64,000 nucleotides of DNA from Candidatus Parcubacteria bacterium (GTDB taxonomy: Bacteria; Patescibacteriota; Patescibacteriia; Patescibacteriales; UBA12075). Below the pieces are notes generated by a model. The model was not told where the DNA came from, made no database searches, and was given only the letters and a program-made list of their open reading frames with translations. Positions 46,824 to 56,867 of the stretch are shown one piece after another. The position numbers and the translations under genes are program-made. Positions within the stretch are counted from its first letter, which is position 1, and every line of letters begins with the position of its first letter. The stretch lies in contig CAWFCE010000002.1 in NCBI GenBank assembly GCA_963814275.1, positions 1,131,263 to 1,195,262 of the forward strand, written 5' to 3'.

Positions 46824-48620
46824 TTACTCGACGTCGCCCATTTTCTGCAGTGCCAGCAGGCGGGCGTAGAGGCCGCCTTTTTCCTGGGCCAGCTCATAAT
46901 GGCTGCCCTCCTCGACTACCTGGCCGTTTTCCAGGACGATTATCTTATTCGCTTTCTTGATCGTGGACAGGCGGTGGGCGATTATTATCACCGTACGCCC
47001 TTTGCGGATCTTCTCCATCGCTTCCTGGATCAGCCGTTCACTCATACTATCGAGATTGCTGGTCGCTTCATCGAAGATCAGGATGCGCGGATTGGCCAGA
47101 ATGGCCCGGGCGATGCCGACGCGCTGGCGCTGTCCGCCGGACAGTTTGATCCCCCGCTCCCCCACTTCCGTATCGTATTTTTGGGGCAGTTTGAGGATGA
47201 ATTCCTCGGCGTTGGCGATCCGGGCGGCCGCTTCGACCTCCTGGCTGCCGGCCTGGTGGTTGGCATAGCTGATGTTATCCCTAACGCTGGTATTGAATAT
47301 TTCCACTTCCTGGGGGACGATCGCGATGAATTTACGGAAGCCGTAGATGTCATATTCCTTCACATCCCTGCCATCGATAATCACCCGGCCCGCTTGCGGA
47401 TCATAGTGGCGGTAGATCATCTTCGCTACCGTGGTTTTGCCGCCGCCGGAAGGTCCGACCAGGGCGGTCACACAGCCCGAAGCGATCCGCAGATCGATCC
47501 CTTTGAGCGCTTTTTGCCGGCTGCTGTCGTAAGCGAAAACCACTTTTTCGAATGCTACCTCGCCGGTTATCGTTTTTGGCTTGAATCCATGGGGCGGATT
47601 AGCGATATCCTCGGAAGCATTGATGACTTTCATATAGCGCCGAACGGCGATATTGCCTTCCTCGACCCGGTCATAGAAACGCGATAAGCGCCAGAGCGAT
47701 AAATACGACTTCTCGGACAGAGTGAAGACGAAAACCAGCGTACCGATGCTGATACTGCCATGCCACACCGAATATGTGGCCAAAATTATCATGATTATGC
47801 GGCCCAAATCGACGATTACGGTCCTTAAGCTGGAAAAATTAATGATCGTATACCATTCCTTGATCCCGCTGGATACGATATTTTGGAATATTCCGCGGTA
47901 TTCATTGTATTCACGGCGCTCCTGGACAAATGATTTGACCGTATTGATATTTACGATCGATTCGCCCAATTTGCCGGATGCTTCATCATAATCTTCGAAG
48001 CGCTGCTTGCGGCGCGGATAAAGCTTTTTATTCGCAAACAGAGTTATGACGATGAATAACGGCGCAAAGAACAGGAAGGACAAGGCAAACCACCAATGCA
48101 CCACAAATAGCACCACTATAGTAACAACAAGCTGCAAAAGCGTGGGGACGACTTCCCAGAACATATTGCCCAAGAGGTCCAGTATCTTTTGCACGCCGCG
48201 CTCGATCTTGGTAATCTTGGTGCCGGTATTCTCCCGTTCATGATATGACAATGACTGAAACATGAATTTGCGGTGGGCGCGAAGATGAAGGTGCGCTTCC
48301 AGCTCAAAATAGGACCGGAATATCCGCCGTTCGCGGAATAGGTCCAAAAGCATATTTGCCTGGTCGGAAATGAAAATTAAAACGATCAAACCGGCGATCG
48401 CTTTGATTTCCGCGAGGGAAAAATTGGTCAACTCGTCTACAATAAGCTTGACCAGATAAGGCCCGGCCAAATTCATTATTTCCACTGATATGGTCAAAAC
48501 AAATATTACAGAAACTGATTTATGGATCGGCTCCATCAGGCGCCACAAAGAAAGCCAAAATTCTTTTGTTGGTAATTTTGGTTCACTTTTATTATTATTT
48601 TTTTCCTTTATATTAGTCAT
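46824..48620 (-). CDS. ABC transporter permease/ATP-binding protein (MsbA-like type I exporter)
   Basis: Six-TM N-terminal half, Walker A GPSGGGKTT, LSGGQRQR, ILIFDEATS. Confidence 0.92.
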   Translation of the reverse strand: MTNIKEKNNNKSEPKLPTKEFWLSLWRLMEPIHKSVSVIFVLTISVEIMNLAGPYLVKLIVDELTNFSLAEIKAIAGLIVLIFISDQANMLLDLFRERRIFRSYFELEAHLHLRAHRKFMFQSLSYHERENTGTKITKIERGVQKILDLLGNMFWEVVPTLLQLVVTIVVLFVVHWWFALSFLFFAPLFIVITLFANKKLYPRRKQRFEDYDEASGKLGESIVNINTVKSFVQERREYNEYRGIFQNIVSSGIKEWYTIINFSSLRTVIVDLGRIIMIILATYSVWHGSISIGTLVFVFTLSEKSYLSLWRLSRFYDRVEEGNIAVRRYMKVINASEDIANPPHGFKPKTITGEVAFEKVVFAYDSSRQKALKGIDLRIASGCVTALVGPSGGGKTTVAKMIYRHYDPQAGRVIIDGRDVKEYDIYGFRKFIAIVPQEVEIFNTSVRDNISYANHQAGSQEVEAAARIANAEEFILKLPQKYDTEVGERGIKLSGGQRQRVGIARAILANPRILIFDEATSNLDSMSERLIQEAMEKIRKGRTVIIIAHRLSTIKKANKIIVLENGQVVEEGSHYELAQEKGGLYARLLALQKMGDVE

Positions 48621-48657
48621 AAAAAAAATTATAAGGGGAAGCTTGGCTTCCCCTTAT
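48621..48657 (-). terminator. Rho-independent terminator after murC, abutting the ABC gene start codon
   Basis: 12-bp stem ATAAGGGGAAGC / GCTTCCCCTTAT, then T8 on the minus strand ending at the ATG (48620). Confidence 0.75.
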
Positions 48658-48783
48658 ACCCTATAATACACACTATAATATACGTAATTTTTTAGTTAAA
48701 GTTACATTAACCTTATAAAACAAATAACAAACGACAGAAAACAGAAAATTATTTAATTAAATAATCGACTTTTAGCGACACGC

Positions 48784-50214
48784 CTATTTGGCAAGTATTT
48801 CCCCTGTCTGATAGCCATCGCCGGCGCCCATAAAAATAACAATATCACCGGTTTTAAGCGATTGGCGCAGATAAGCTTCAACTTCCTCACCTTTGCCGAC
48901 ATAAATATATTTTACCGAAGGTGAATTTCCGGTATTTTCAATTGAATTCATTGCCTCAACCAAATCACGGCTATGGACTCCGCCCTGCTTCTCCCGGGCG
49001 CTGCCGTATATGTCTGTTACAATCGTTTCGTCGGCGGCGGAAAAACTGCCGGCGAACTCTTGAAGCAGCGCTTTGGTACGGGTAAAAGTGTGGGGCTGAA
49101 ATACGGCAATAAGGCGCCGATCGGGAAAAACCTCCCTAACGGCCGATAAAGTGGCGCGGATCTCCGTCGGATGATGGGCGTAATCCCGATAAATACTGGC
49201 TCCGCGGTAATCCCCTATCAGTTCCATGCGCCTGTCTGTACCGCTGAAATCATCAAGGGCGGAACGGAGAGCGTGGAGCGGGACGTTAAGTTCGATAGCG
49301 GCCGCGATCACGGCCAGCGCATTCGATACGTTATGCCTGCCGAATAGCCGGATCGTGAAATCTCCCAGCAGATGCTCTCCGGCATCCATCCCGTCTTCTT
49401 CATAATCCCAGCCCGCCCCGAGCTTAACCTTGAAATACTGCTTTTCACCAACGGTCTTTATGTCATAGGCTATATAATCCGCATTATCCGCCAGGCTGTA
49501 GCTGATGACCTTGGCCCGGCAATTGACCGGAACTTTACTCCGGACAACCGGATCGTCAAAATTAGCAACTACGAATCCCTTTGTCGGTGCTTGTTTAATG
49601 AATTCGATGAACACCCGTTCGTAATCTTCGACAGTTGGAAAAAAATCCGGATGGTCATAATCGATATTATTGATAAGCACCGCGCGCGGCTTGTAATACT
49701 TCAGCTTATTCTGATATTCATCCGCTTCCACTACCAAATAGTCGGACTTGCCGGACAAACTGCCGCTGCCCCATTGCGCTACCCGCGAACCGACGATGGC
49801 GCTGGGCGATAAGCCCGCCTGATCGAGGACATACGCCAGCCAGGCTGTGGTCGTTGTCTTGCCGTGCGACCCGCATACCGCAATCGTGTAACGGTCAGCC
49901 ATAAGCGCGCCCAGCGCTTCCGCGTATTTAATAACCGGTTTTTTCGAATCCAGGGCGGACTTGAGTTCGGGATTAGTTTCCGGCTTATGGGCAGTGGAAT
50001 AGACGATAAGATCGGCATCAGCGGCAATATTAGCCGGATCGAAGCGCCGGTAAACCTTAACGCCTGCATCACAAAGAGTCGCATTATAAAAATGGTCGCC
50101 TTCATCGGAGCCACTGATTTCTTTTCCGGCTGTCCTGAGCAGGCAGGCTAGAGCCGAAGTGCCGGCCCCTTCTATTCCGATAATGTGGATTTTCTTTATT
50201 TTTTTCAGGTCCAT
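48784..50214 (-). CDS. murC: UDP-N-acetylmuramate--L-alanine ligase
   Basis: IHIIGIEGAGTSALA, GSHGKTTTT. 476 aa. Confidence 0.95.
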   Translation of the reverse strand: MDLKKIKKIHIIGIEGAGTSALACLLRTAGKEISGSDEGDHFYNATLCDAGVKVYRRFDPANIAADADLIVYSTAHKPETNPELKSALDSKKPVIKYAEALGALMADRYTIAVCGSHGKTTTTAWLAYVLDQAGLSPSAIVGSRVAQWGSGSLSGKSDYLVVEADEYQNKLKYYKPRAVLINNIDYDHPDFFPTVEDYERVFIEFIKQAPTKGFVVANFDDPVVRSKVPVNCRAKVISYSLADNADYIAYDIKTVGEKQYFKVKLGAGWDYEEDGMDAGEHLLGDFTIRLFGRHNVSNALAVIAAAIELNVPLHALRSALDDFSGTDRRMELIGDYRGASIYRDYAHHPTEIRATLSAVREVFPDRRLIAVFQPHTFTRTKALLQEFAGSFSAADETIVTDIYGSAREKQGGVHSRDLVEAMNSIENTGNSPSVKYIYVGKGEEVEAYLRQSLKTGDIVIFMGAGDGYQTGEILAK

Positions 50215-50222
50215 ATGTTTTT

Positions 50223-50264
50223 AGGCAGTAGGCTTTAGGCAGTAGGCTTTAGGCAGTAGGGTGG
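50223..50264. repeat. Tandem repeat, 3 x 14 bp
   Basis: AGGCAGTAGGCTTT, AGGCAGTAGGCTTT, AGGCAGTAGGGTGG. Lies 9 nt upstream of the murC ATG. Confidence 0.9.
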
Positions 50265-50313
50265 TTGGTGCGGGGGCGGTTAAAAATAGGTGTTAAGTGG
50301 AATTATTAGTTTG

Positions 50314-51423
50314 TTATTTAATTTCGGTTAATATTTTTTTTATGATTTGGGCGATAGCCCGGTTGCCGTCAGGGCGGATGACTGATGTAATGCGGCGGCT
50401 GAAATTACGCTGCAGCACTTCATTGCGGATCAATTCATGGATATTGGCGGTAAAAGACGAAACGGTCAATTTCCGCTGATCCAGAACAATTGCGGCATCG
50501 GCCGCTTTGAATACTTCGGCGTTGGCTTCCTGGTGGGTAGCGGGCATCGGGATCAGTATCGAGACTTTGCCAAGATAAGAAAGCTCGGTCAAAGTAGCCA
50601 TGCCGCAGCGGGAAACCACCACGGAGGCGGCGGCAAAAGCTTTGATCATGCCGAATGTATCGAGAAATTCAAATGCGCGATAATTCGGATTCGACATTGA
50701 ATACTGGCGGGAAAGCTCGCTCTGTTTGCCCTTACCCGCTATATGGAGTACCTGGCAGAAGCGCGTCAGTTCCGGAACAGCACCATCGAGAATTTTGTTT
50801 ATCCCTTCCGCGCCGGTACCTCCACCCATTACCAGAACAACGGGCAGCGAGCCAACCAAGCCGAATTTCTGCCGGGCTTCCCGCGGAGTCAGTTTGATAT
50901 CTTCAAACTCCTTACGCACCGAATTTCCCACCCAAACCGCCTTTTTACCGTAATCCTCGACCGATTTTTCGAAGGTAACCGTGATACAAGCCGCAAATGG
51001 CGCCATTAATTTATTGGCCAGTCCGGGAATGACGTCCATTTGGTGGATCAGTACCGGGATACCCGAGAGCCATGCGGCCCAGGCAACCGGTACGCTGGCA
51101 TATGAACCGGCGCTTATCATCAAGGCGGGCCTTTCTTTCATCAACAAAAAAAGCGACTGCCAAAAAGCCGCAACGATGCGTAATATATCGGATATATTCC
51201 GCCAATCGAAATAGCGCCGCATTTTGCCGGACGAGATCGTCCGAAAAGGTATTTTGGCGGCTTCGACATACTGCCGTTCCGGACCATGCTTAGTTCCCCA
51301 CCAAACATACTCGCACTTCAATCCGCTGCGGGTAAGCTCTTCGGCCAAAGCCAAAAGCGGTATCACCGATCCGGCCGTACCGCCGCCAGTAAACAGAATT
51401 TTGTGATTATTTATCTTTTCCAT
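50314..51423 (-). CDS. murG: Undecaprenyldiphospho-muramoylpentapeptide beta-N-acetylglucosaminyltransferase
   Basis: ILFTGGGTAGSVIP. GT28 N- and C-domains. Track start 51474 is a TTG; ATG at 51423. Confidence 0.93.
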   Translation of the reverse strand: MEKINNHKILFTGGGTAGSVIPLLALAEELTRSGLKCEYVWWGTKHGPERQYVEAAKIPFRTISSGKMRRYFDWRNISDILRIVAAFWQSLFLLMKERPALMISAGSYASVPVAWAAWLSGIPVLIHQMDVIPGLANKLMAPFAACITVTFEKSVEDYGKKAVWVGNSVRKEFEDIKLTPREARQKFGLVGSLPVVLVMGGGTGAEGINKILDGAVPELTRFCQVLHIAGKGKQSELSRQYSMSNPNYRAFEFLDTFGMIKAFAAASVVVSRCGMATLTELSYLGKVSILIPMPATHQEANAEVFKAADAAIVLDQRKLTVSSFTANIHELIRNEVLQRNFSRRITSVIRPDGNRAIAQIIKKILTEIK

Positions 51424-51497
51424 TGTAGTATTAAGATCCACGCATTTGCAGACATTTACAGATTGTGGGTTCAACCGTTAAATTATGCAAGAAAGAT

Positions 51498-51573
51498 AGT
51501 AATAAGACATAAGTAATAAGTTTTTTAACGCTGACAACCTTTATAACGGACTTATTACTTATGTCTTATTGCT
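51498..51573. repeat. Inverted-repeat element family A, copy 3 (24-bp arms, 23/24 complementary)
   Basis: AGTAATAAGACATAAGTAATAAGT, 28 nt, ACTTATTACTTATGTCTTATTGCT. Confidence 0.9.
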
Positions 51574-51641
51574 ATTTTGTAATTATCTAGTGGATACAGA
51601 TGTCTGCATTATTTACGCCAAGCGGGTAAATCTTAATTATA

Positions 51642-52787
51642 TTAAATGTTTTTCGTTTGTTTACTGATATTTACCAATATGCCGGAAGCAGTCAGGGCGG
51701 CCAGAATAGCGGTGCCGCCATAGCTGATGAAAGGCAGGGGGACGCCGGTCATCGGGATAATATTTACGATCCCGCCGATATTGATGATCGCCTGGAGCGT
51801 AAGCCAGCTTACGATGCCGATCGCCATGATCCGTCCGAAATCATCCGGTGCTCCCCGGGCAATCGCATAACCCCGGTAAAAGAGAAATACGAAAGCGCCC
51901 AACAGGAGCACTCCGACTACCAGGCCCATCTCTTCGGCAATGATGGCAAAAATCGAATCCCCGCTTACTTCCGGAACATACATGAATTTCTGGCGGCTCC
52001 CTCCCAGCCCGCGGCCGAATATTCCGCCGGTACCGACGGCGATAAGCGACTGGTTGACCTGATAGCAAACCTTTTGTGTGTCATAGGACGGATCAATCAG
52101 ACAGCGAAAACGGTCCAGCTGATACGGCTTTATCTGTACCATAACGAAAAAGCCGACACAGGCCAGGGCTATGATCATCAGGATGTGATAAATCTTTCCT
52201 CCGCCAATGAAATATACTATAAGGGAGGTAACACCGATGATCGACAGGGTACCGATGTCCGGTTGCAGTATCATCAGGCCGCCGATCAGGCTAAGGACAA
52301 CTATGAAAGGGCCGATGCCCATTTCCACCTTTTCCAGCTCGCCCCGCCGGCGTTCCAGCCAGGCGGCGAGGTATATCAGAAATGATATCTTGACCAGCTC
52401 TGAAGGCTGGAGAGAAAAACCGAAGACATTGATCCAGCTTCGCGCTTTACCGTAATGGCTCGATAACCCCGGTATGAATACCAGCAACAATAAAAATATG
52501 GAAAAAATCAGGAAACCCAAGGCATATTTCCGCCAACGGTGGTAATCGATCCGGGAAAAGATCCAAAATGCCACCAAGCCCATGGACATCCCTACCAGCT
52601 GGTGCTTGAAATAATAGTATGCGTCACCGCCGAATTTATCGTAAGATACGACTGCCGAAGCGCTGGACAGGCTGACTAATCCGAACACAAGAAGCAAACC
52701 GATAACCAAAAGTAGCCATTTATCCGGCTGATGGCTGCCACGCTGATACTGGAATAATCTTTTTACCCTCGTTTTTAGCGTCGTCAT
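51642..52787 (-). CDS. ftsW: SEDS family peptidoglycan polymerase FtsW/RodA
   Basis: 381 aa, 10 TM helices. SEFAKI-like PSELVKISFLIYLAAWL and PLPFISYGGTA. Confidence 0.93.
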   Translation of the reverse strand: MTTLKTRVKRLFQYQRGSHQPDKWLLLVIGLLLVFGLVSLSSASAVVSYDKFGGDAYYYFKHQLVGMSMGLVAFWIFSRIDYHRWRKYALGFLIFSIFLLLLVFIPGLSSHYGKARSWINVFGFSLQPSELVKISFLIYLAAWLERRRGELEKVEMGIGPFIVVLSLIGGLMILQPDIGTLSIIGVTSLIVYFIGGGKIYHILMIIALACVGFFVMVQIKPYQLDRFRCLIDPSYDTQKVCYQVNQSLIAVGTGGIFGRGLGGSRQKFMYVPEVSGDSIFAIIAEEMGLVVGVLLLGAFVFLFYRGYAIARGAPDDFGRIMAIGIVSWLTLQAIINIGGIVNIIPMTGVPLPFISYGGTAILAALTASGILVNISKQTKNI

Positions 52788-52833
52788 GTTTATCTTTGTT
52801 TTAAAAATGATCCGTATAATTCGAACCGTAAAC

Positions 52834-53886
52834 TCAAACGATCGACATATCCAAAAGGAAGAGTATTAATCCGATAGCTGCCGCCACTCCGCCGATCACC
52901 CAAAAGCGCATTACGATCTTCGGTTCCGGCCAGCCGATCGCCTGGAAATGATGATGTATCGGCGAAGAACGGAACACCCTCTTACCCCAAAAACGCCGGC
53001 TCCCTGTCTGGATAAGGAATGAAAAAGCCTCAACTACGAACATCAATCCGATTATCGGCAGGAGCAGGGCGTAATTGGTCAGCATAGCGATAATGCCCAG
53101 CGTTACACCCAGGGACATTGCGCCGGTATCACCCATAAAAAAACGGGCAGGATTGATATTGAACCACAGAAAAGCAAGAAGCGCGCCGATAATGACTCCG
53201 CAAAAAGTGGCCAATTCGTATCGTCCCAAGGCAAAGGCGATCACTCCGTAAGCGGCGTAAGCCATCAAAAGCAAGCCACCGGCCAATCCGTCCAGACCAT
53301 CCGATTCATTTACGGAAAAAGCCGTGCCGATTATAATAAAAAGGAAGAACGGGATATACCACCAGCCGATCTCGAAGCTCCCAAAAAACGGCACATGCAG
53401 GACGGTCCATTCCAATTTCGAATAGAACCACCAGGCGCCAACAATGGCAATTATCGAATAAATGGCCAGGCGGTGTTTCATGGTAAACCCCCCGCCGCCC
53501 AGCATCCCCTTGCCTCGTACATCAAGCCAATCGTCGAACAGACCGACCAGGGCGGTTGCCACCAGAGCGCCTAACGGAAGCAAGGTCTCCTGGCGGTTCA
53601 AAAAATTCAGGCTTTTTATAAAATCCGACGGTATAATTTTTGCCGCGTAATAAAAAATTACGCAAAATAGCAGAGTTGTTACCCACACCAATAAGCCGCC
53701 CATCGTTGGCGTACCGGCTTTGTGGGCGTGGAGCTTGGAAAATATCGGTGTCAATCCGTTATCACGTATGGTTTTGCCCAGTTTGTATTTGTACAAAATA
53801 TGCGTTAAAAGCGGCGTCCAGGCGATCGTAAAGATGAATGCCAAAGTGGAAAAAAATAATATTTTGATTATATAGTAATTCTCCAT
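52834..53886 (-). CDS. mraY: Phospho-N-acetylmuramoyl-pentapeptide-transferase
   Basis: KAGTPTMGGLL, NESDGLDGLAGG, FMGDTGAMSLG, PIHHHF. Confidence 0.96.
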   Translation of the reverse strand: MENYYIIKILFFSTLAFIFTIAWTPLLTHILYKYKLGKTIRDNGLTPIFSKLHAHKAGTPTMGGLLVWVTTLLFCVIFYYAAKIIPSDFIKSLNFLNRQETLLPLGALVATALVGLFDDWLDVRGKGMLGGGGFTMKHRLAIYSIIAIVGAWWFYSKLEWTVLHVPFFGSFEIGWWYIPFFLFIIIGTAFSVNESDGLDGLAGGLLLMAYAAYGVIAFALGRYELATFCGVIIGALLAFLWFNINPARFFMGDTGAMSLGVTLGIIAMLTNYALLLPIIGLMFVVEAFSFLIQTGSRRFWGKRVFRSSPIHHHFQAIGWPEPKIVMRFWVIGGVAAAIGLILFLLDMSIV

Positions 53887-53907
53887 AATTAAAACGTTGT
53901 AAACATA

Positions 53908-54330
53908 TTACCTAAAATTTATCAAATAGATTGATGCGGTGGCGGCCAATAAAAATATATTGGTAAGACAGGCGGTAATGAGCATAACTGTCCCGGCAAA
54001 TTTGGCATCCATTCGATTGTACCTTGCCACAACCAATATAAGCGCCAAGTTAGCTAAAATAAACAGCAGGCCCAGAGTCGGTACGATAAATACTTTGCCG
54101 GTCGGCCCGTAAAGATCAATTCCGAAATCGACGCTGTAATGCAGGGCAATATTTTCCTGCTCAATATTGGAAAAGATATACCAGGCGACCAGCCAAACCG
54201 CCGCATTAATTGAAAAATCAACAACCATGAACACCTTAACAATTCGTAATTTCAGTAATTCTCTGGCAATTTTTTTATAATTGGCCCGGAAAACGAAAAA
54301 ATGGTTAAGTAGCTTTGATATATCGGGCAT
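53908..54330 (-). CDS. Hypothetical membrane protein heading the mraY block
   Basis: 140 aa, 3-4 TM helices. 21 nt upstream of mraY. No family recognised. Confidence 0.65.
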   Translation of the reverse strand: MPDISKLLNHFFVFRANYKKIARELLKLRIVKVFMVVDFSINAAVWLVAWYIFSNIEQENIALHYSVDFGIDLYGPTGKVFIVPTLGLLFILANLALILVVARYNRMDAKFAGTVMLITACLTNIFLLAATASIYLINFR

Positions 54331-54419
54331 AAATATTATACAAAATATCCAAAAACTGCCGGCAAACGGCTTATTTTAATCTGTATTTACTGTAACACAA
54401 AATGACTAAAATTTAAAGT

Positions 54420-54442
54420 AAAACCTGGGCTTCCTGCCCAGG
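54420..54442 (-). terminator. Rho-independent terminator after tRNA-Val
   Basis: CCTGGGC / GCCCAGG stem, 5-nt loop, T4 on the minus strand. Confidence 0.6.
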
Positions 54443-54478
54443 TAATTTGATTCATTATCAAAACGATTAGTAGCCTTG

Positions 54479-54552
<74 letters not shown>

Positions 54553-54578
54553 AATTTGTAAGTTGTTTGCTATATAAC

Positions 54579-54627
54579 GACCTCCCCGGTCGCACCGGGG
54601 CGCTCTAACCAGCTGAGCTACGCGTCC
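54579..54627 (-). pseudogene. tRNA 5' fragment (acceptor + D-arm identical to tRNA-Val, Arg-GCG-like anticodon arm, no T-arm or 3' acceptor)
   Basis: The 28-nt GGACGCGTAGCTCAGCTGGTTAGAGCGC duplicates 54525-54552. Followed by CCCCG-GTGCGAC-CGGGG. Overlaps the rnhA stop. Confidence 0.6.
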
Positions 54628-55037
54628 TTTAGGTGTTTATCGACCGCCAGATTGACCAGCTTGTCCGCTTCTTTGTTCTGCTCGCGCGGAATATGTTTAA
54701 ACGTAACTTTTTTGAATTTTAACGAAGCATTATATATCCTGACAAAAAGAGGCTGCAGGTCCTGATTCTTCACCCTATATTCACGGCTTAGCTGGCGCAC
54801 AACCAACTCGCTGTCCAGAAAAAATTCCAAAAACTCCGCGCCGTATTTACCGGCCGATTCAATAGCGGCTATTACGGCCTTGTACTCCGCTTGATTATTG
54901 GTTGTCTCGCCGATATACTCGGAGATTTCTTCCACTACATTGCGCTTTTCGTCGTAGATAACGGCGCCAATACCGGCCGGACCGGGATTATTTCTTGCGC
55001 CCCCGTCCGTATATATTATCAATTTCTTATAATCCAT
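54618..55037 (-). CDS. rnhA: Ribonuclease HI
   Basis: IYTDGGARNNPGPAGIG, NNQAEYKAVIAAI, and REQNKEADKL (DEDD residues). Confidence 0.9.
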   Translation of the reverse strand: MDYKKLIIYTDGGARNNPGPAGIGAVIYDEKRNVVEEISEYIGETTNNQAEYKAVIAAIESAGKYGAEFLEFFLDSELVVRQLSREYRVKNQDLQPLFVRIYNASLKFKKVTFKHIPREQNKEADKLVNLAVDKHLKDA

Positions 55038-55112
55038 GTCGATTATAATTTAAATCAATGTTTATTTCAAATGCTTTTCTTAATTATAGTATATGCCGAT
55101 ATTTATTATGGT

Positions 55113-56867
55113 TTATGCTGTGGGTTGCACGCCGTGCGGTTTTATGTCTACAATTTTCAATTGCGGCTCCCTTCGTCCGTTGAATTCGTTGATTTCGACA
55201 TAGTAGACTATATCAATTTTGTCACCTGTTTGCAAATGCGACCAGGTTTCGGATTGGCCGAAACCGAGAGCGGTAACAAGTCCGGATTCCTCGTCCTTTA
55301 GGCGCAATTTGAGATGCTGGCCGTCTACCCCCATGCGCAAAATGTCGGCGATCATAACGCCATAACTGACGAAGAGCGGCCGTTCATTCTTCTGTCCGAA
55401 CGGCGCGAACGATTCTATTTGCTCCAAAAGCGGAAGATCCCAATCCTTTAGCGGCACAGCGACTTCGATATTAATCTTCGGCCGCAAGTCCAGATCGCCT
55501 AAGGCCTTATTGGCAATTGCGGTTAGTTTTTTCTTGAACGCGTCTAGCCGGTCGGCTGACAAACTGAATCCGCAAGCCATCGGGTGGCCGCCGTATTTTG
55601 CCAATAAGCTGGAGCACTGTTCTATCGCTTCGGCCAGATTGAATTCCTGGATACTTCTGCCGGAGCCCTTGTATCCATCCGCGGTTTTCGTGATCACCAA
55701 TGTGGGAAGATAATAACGGCTGGCGATCCGGCCGGCTACCAATCCGATTACCCCTTCGTTCCAGTCCTCTATATCTTCGCTTTGGTTTTCCGGGCACACA
55801 CCGATTATTATCCTGTCTTTTGTGTCTTCCCCTATCTGCTCTATAACAGCGGCTGTAATTTCCTCCGTCTGCCGCTGACGGTCAATATTACGTTCGCTCA
55901 AACGCGCTGCCAGGGCCACCGCCTCATCGATATCACGGGTTACCAAAAGTTCATAAGCCGTATTTGCCCGGCCCATGCGGCCGGCGGCATTCAGCCGCGG
56001 CGCGATTTGAAAACCGATATTCCAGGTGTCAAGTGAACGGTTATTCTTGAGCCGGGCGACCTTGACCAACTCCGATAGCCCTGTCCTCTTCGTATCATTC
56101 AACACTTCTAGTCCGTACTTGACCAGCGTGCGGTTCTCGCCCAGGATATTGACGCAATCCGCAACCGTCCCGATCGCCACTAGATCCAGGATCCGTTCCT
56201 CGAGCTTTTCTTTATCGCTTTCGGTCAATTTCGAACGGCGGATCAGCGCGACCGCCAGCTTGTACGCGACTCCGACACCGGCCAAGTGCGGATACGGATA
56301 AGATTCTCCTTCAATAACAGGGTTCACGATCAGGCAATCCGGCCAGTCGGCCTTATCCACCGGAGCCGGATGATGATCGGTAATCAGGATATCCAGCCCC
56401 AATTCCCGGGCTCGTCCGACCTCTTCCCGGCCGCGTATCCCGCCATCTACAGTTACGATTATTTTCGTTCCTGATTCCGCTATCTTTTCGACCGCGTCGA
56501 CATTCAAGCCATAACCCTCGGCTACGCGGTGCGGAATGTATACTTCAACATCGGCGCGGAGAATACCGAGGGTTTCCACCATCAAGGCGGCCGCGGTTAC
56601 CCCATCAGCGTCGTAGTCGCCGTAAACCGTTATTTTGCCCTGATTTTTTATGTGTTTAATCAGCAGATCGACCGCTGCCGACATATTCCTGAATTCGAGA
56701 GGGTCGATCAGGTCGTGATCCAAATCTGGCACTAAAAAACTATGTATATTTTTACCGTCTTTCAATCCGCGATTCCACAGCAGCTGGAGTATAATTTCGT
56801 TAAACGATCTGTTTTTTATGCCAAAATCTTCGGGAAATCGTTCGCTTACTTCCCATTTTTTATCCAT
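55113..56867 (-). CDS. recJ: Single-stranded-DNA-specific exonuclease RecJ
   Basis: DHH motifs VYGDYDADGVTA and ITDHH. DHHA1 GGHPMACG. C-terminal OB fold. Confidence 0.94.
   Translation of the reverse strand: MDKKWEVSERFPEDFGIKNRSFNEIILQLLWNRGLKDGKNIHSFLVPDLDHDLIDPLEFRNMSAAVDLLIKHIKNQGKITVYGDYDADGVTAAALMVETLGILRADVEVYIPHRVAEGYGLNVDAVEKIAESGTKIIVTVDGGIRGREEVGRARELGLDILITDHHPAPVDKADWPDCLIVNPVIEGESYPYPHLAGVGVAYKLAVALIRRSKLTESDKEKLEERILDLVAIGTVADCVNILGENRTLVKYGLEVLNDTKRTGLSELVKVARLKNNRSLDTWNIGFQIAPRLNAAGRMGRANTAYELLVTRDIDEAVALAARLSERNIDRQRQTEEITAAVIEQIGEDTKDRIIIGVCPENQSEDIEDWNEGVIGLVAGRIASRYYLPTLVITKTADGYKGSGRSIQEFNLAEAIEQCSSLLAKYGGHPMACGFSLSADRLDAFKKKLTAIANKALGDLDLRPKINIEVAVPLKDWDLPLLEQIESFAPFGQKNERPLFVSYGVMIADILRMGVDGQHLKLRLKDEESGLVTALGFGQSETWSHLQTGDKIDIVYYVEINEFNGRREPQLKIVDIKPHGVQPTA

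Noticed and set aside
50223-50264. 14-bp tandem arrays (here and at 60531-60596) as CRISPR-like arrays
   Set aside because: The units are directly abutting with no spacers and are far shorter than CRISPR repeats. They are simple tandem repeats.
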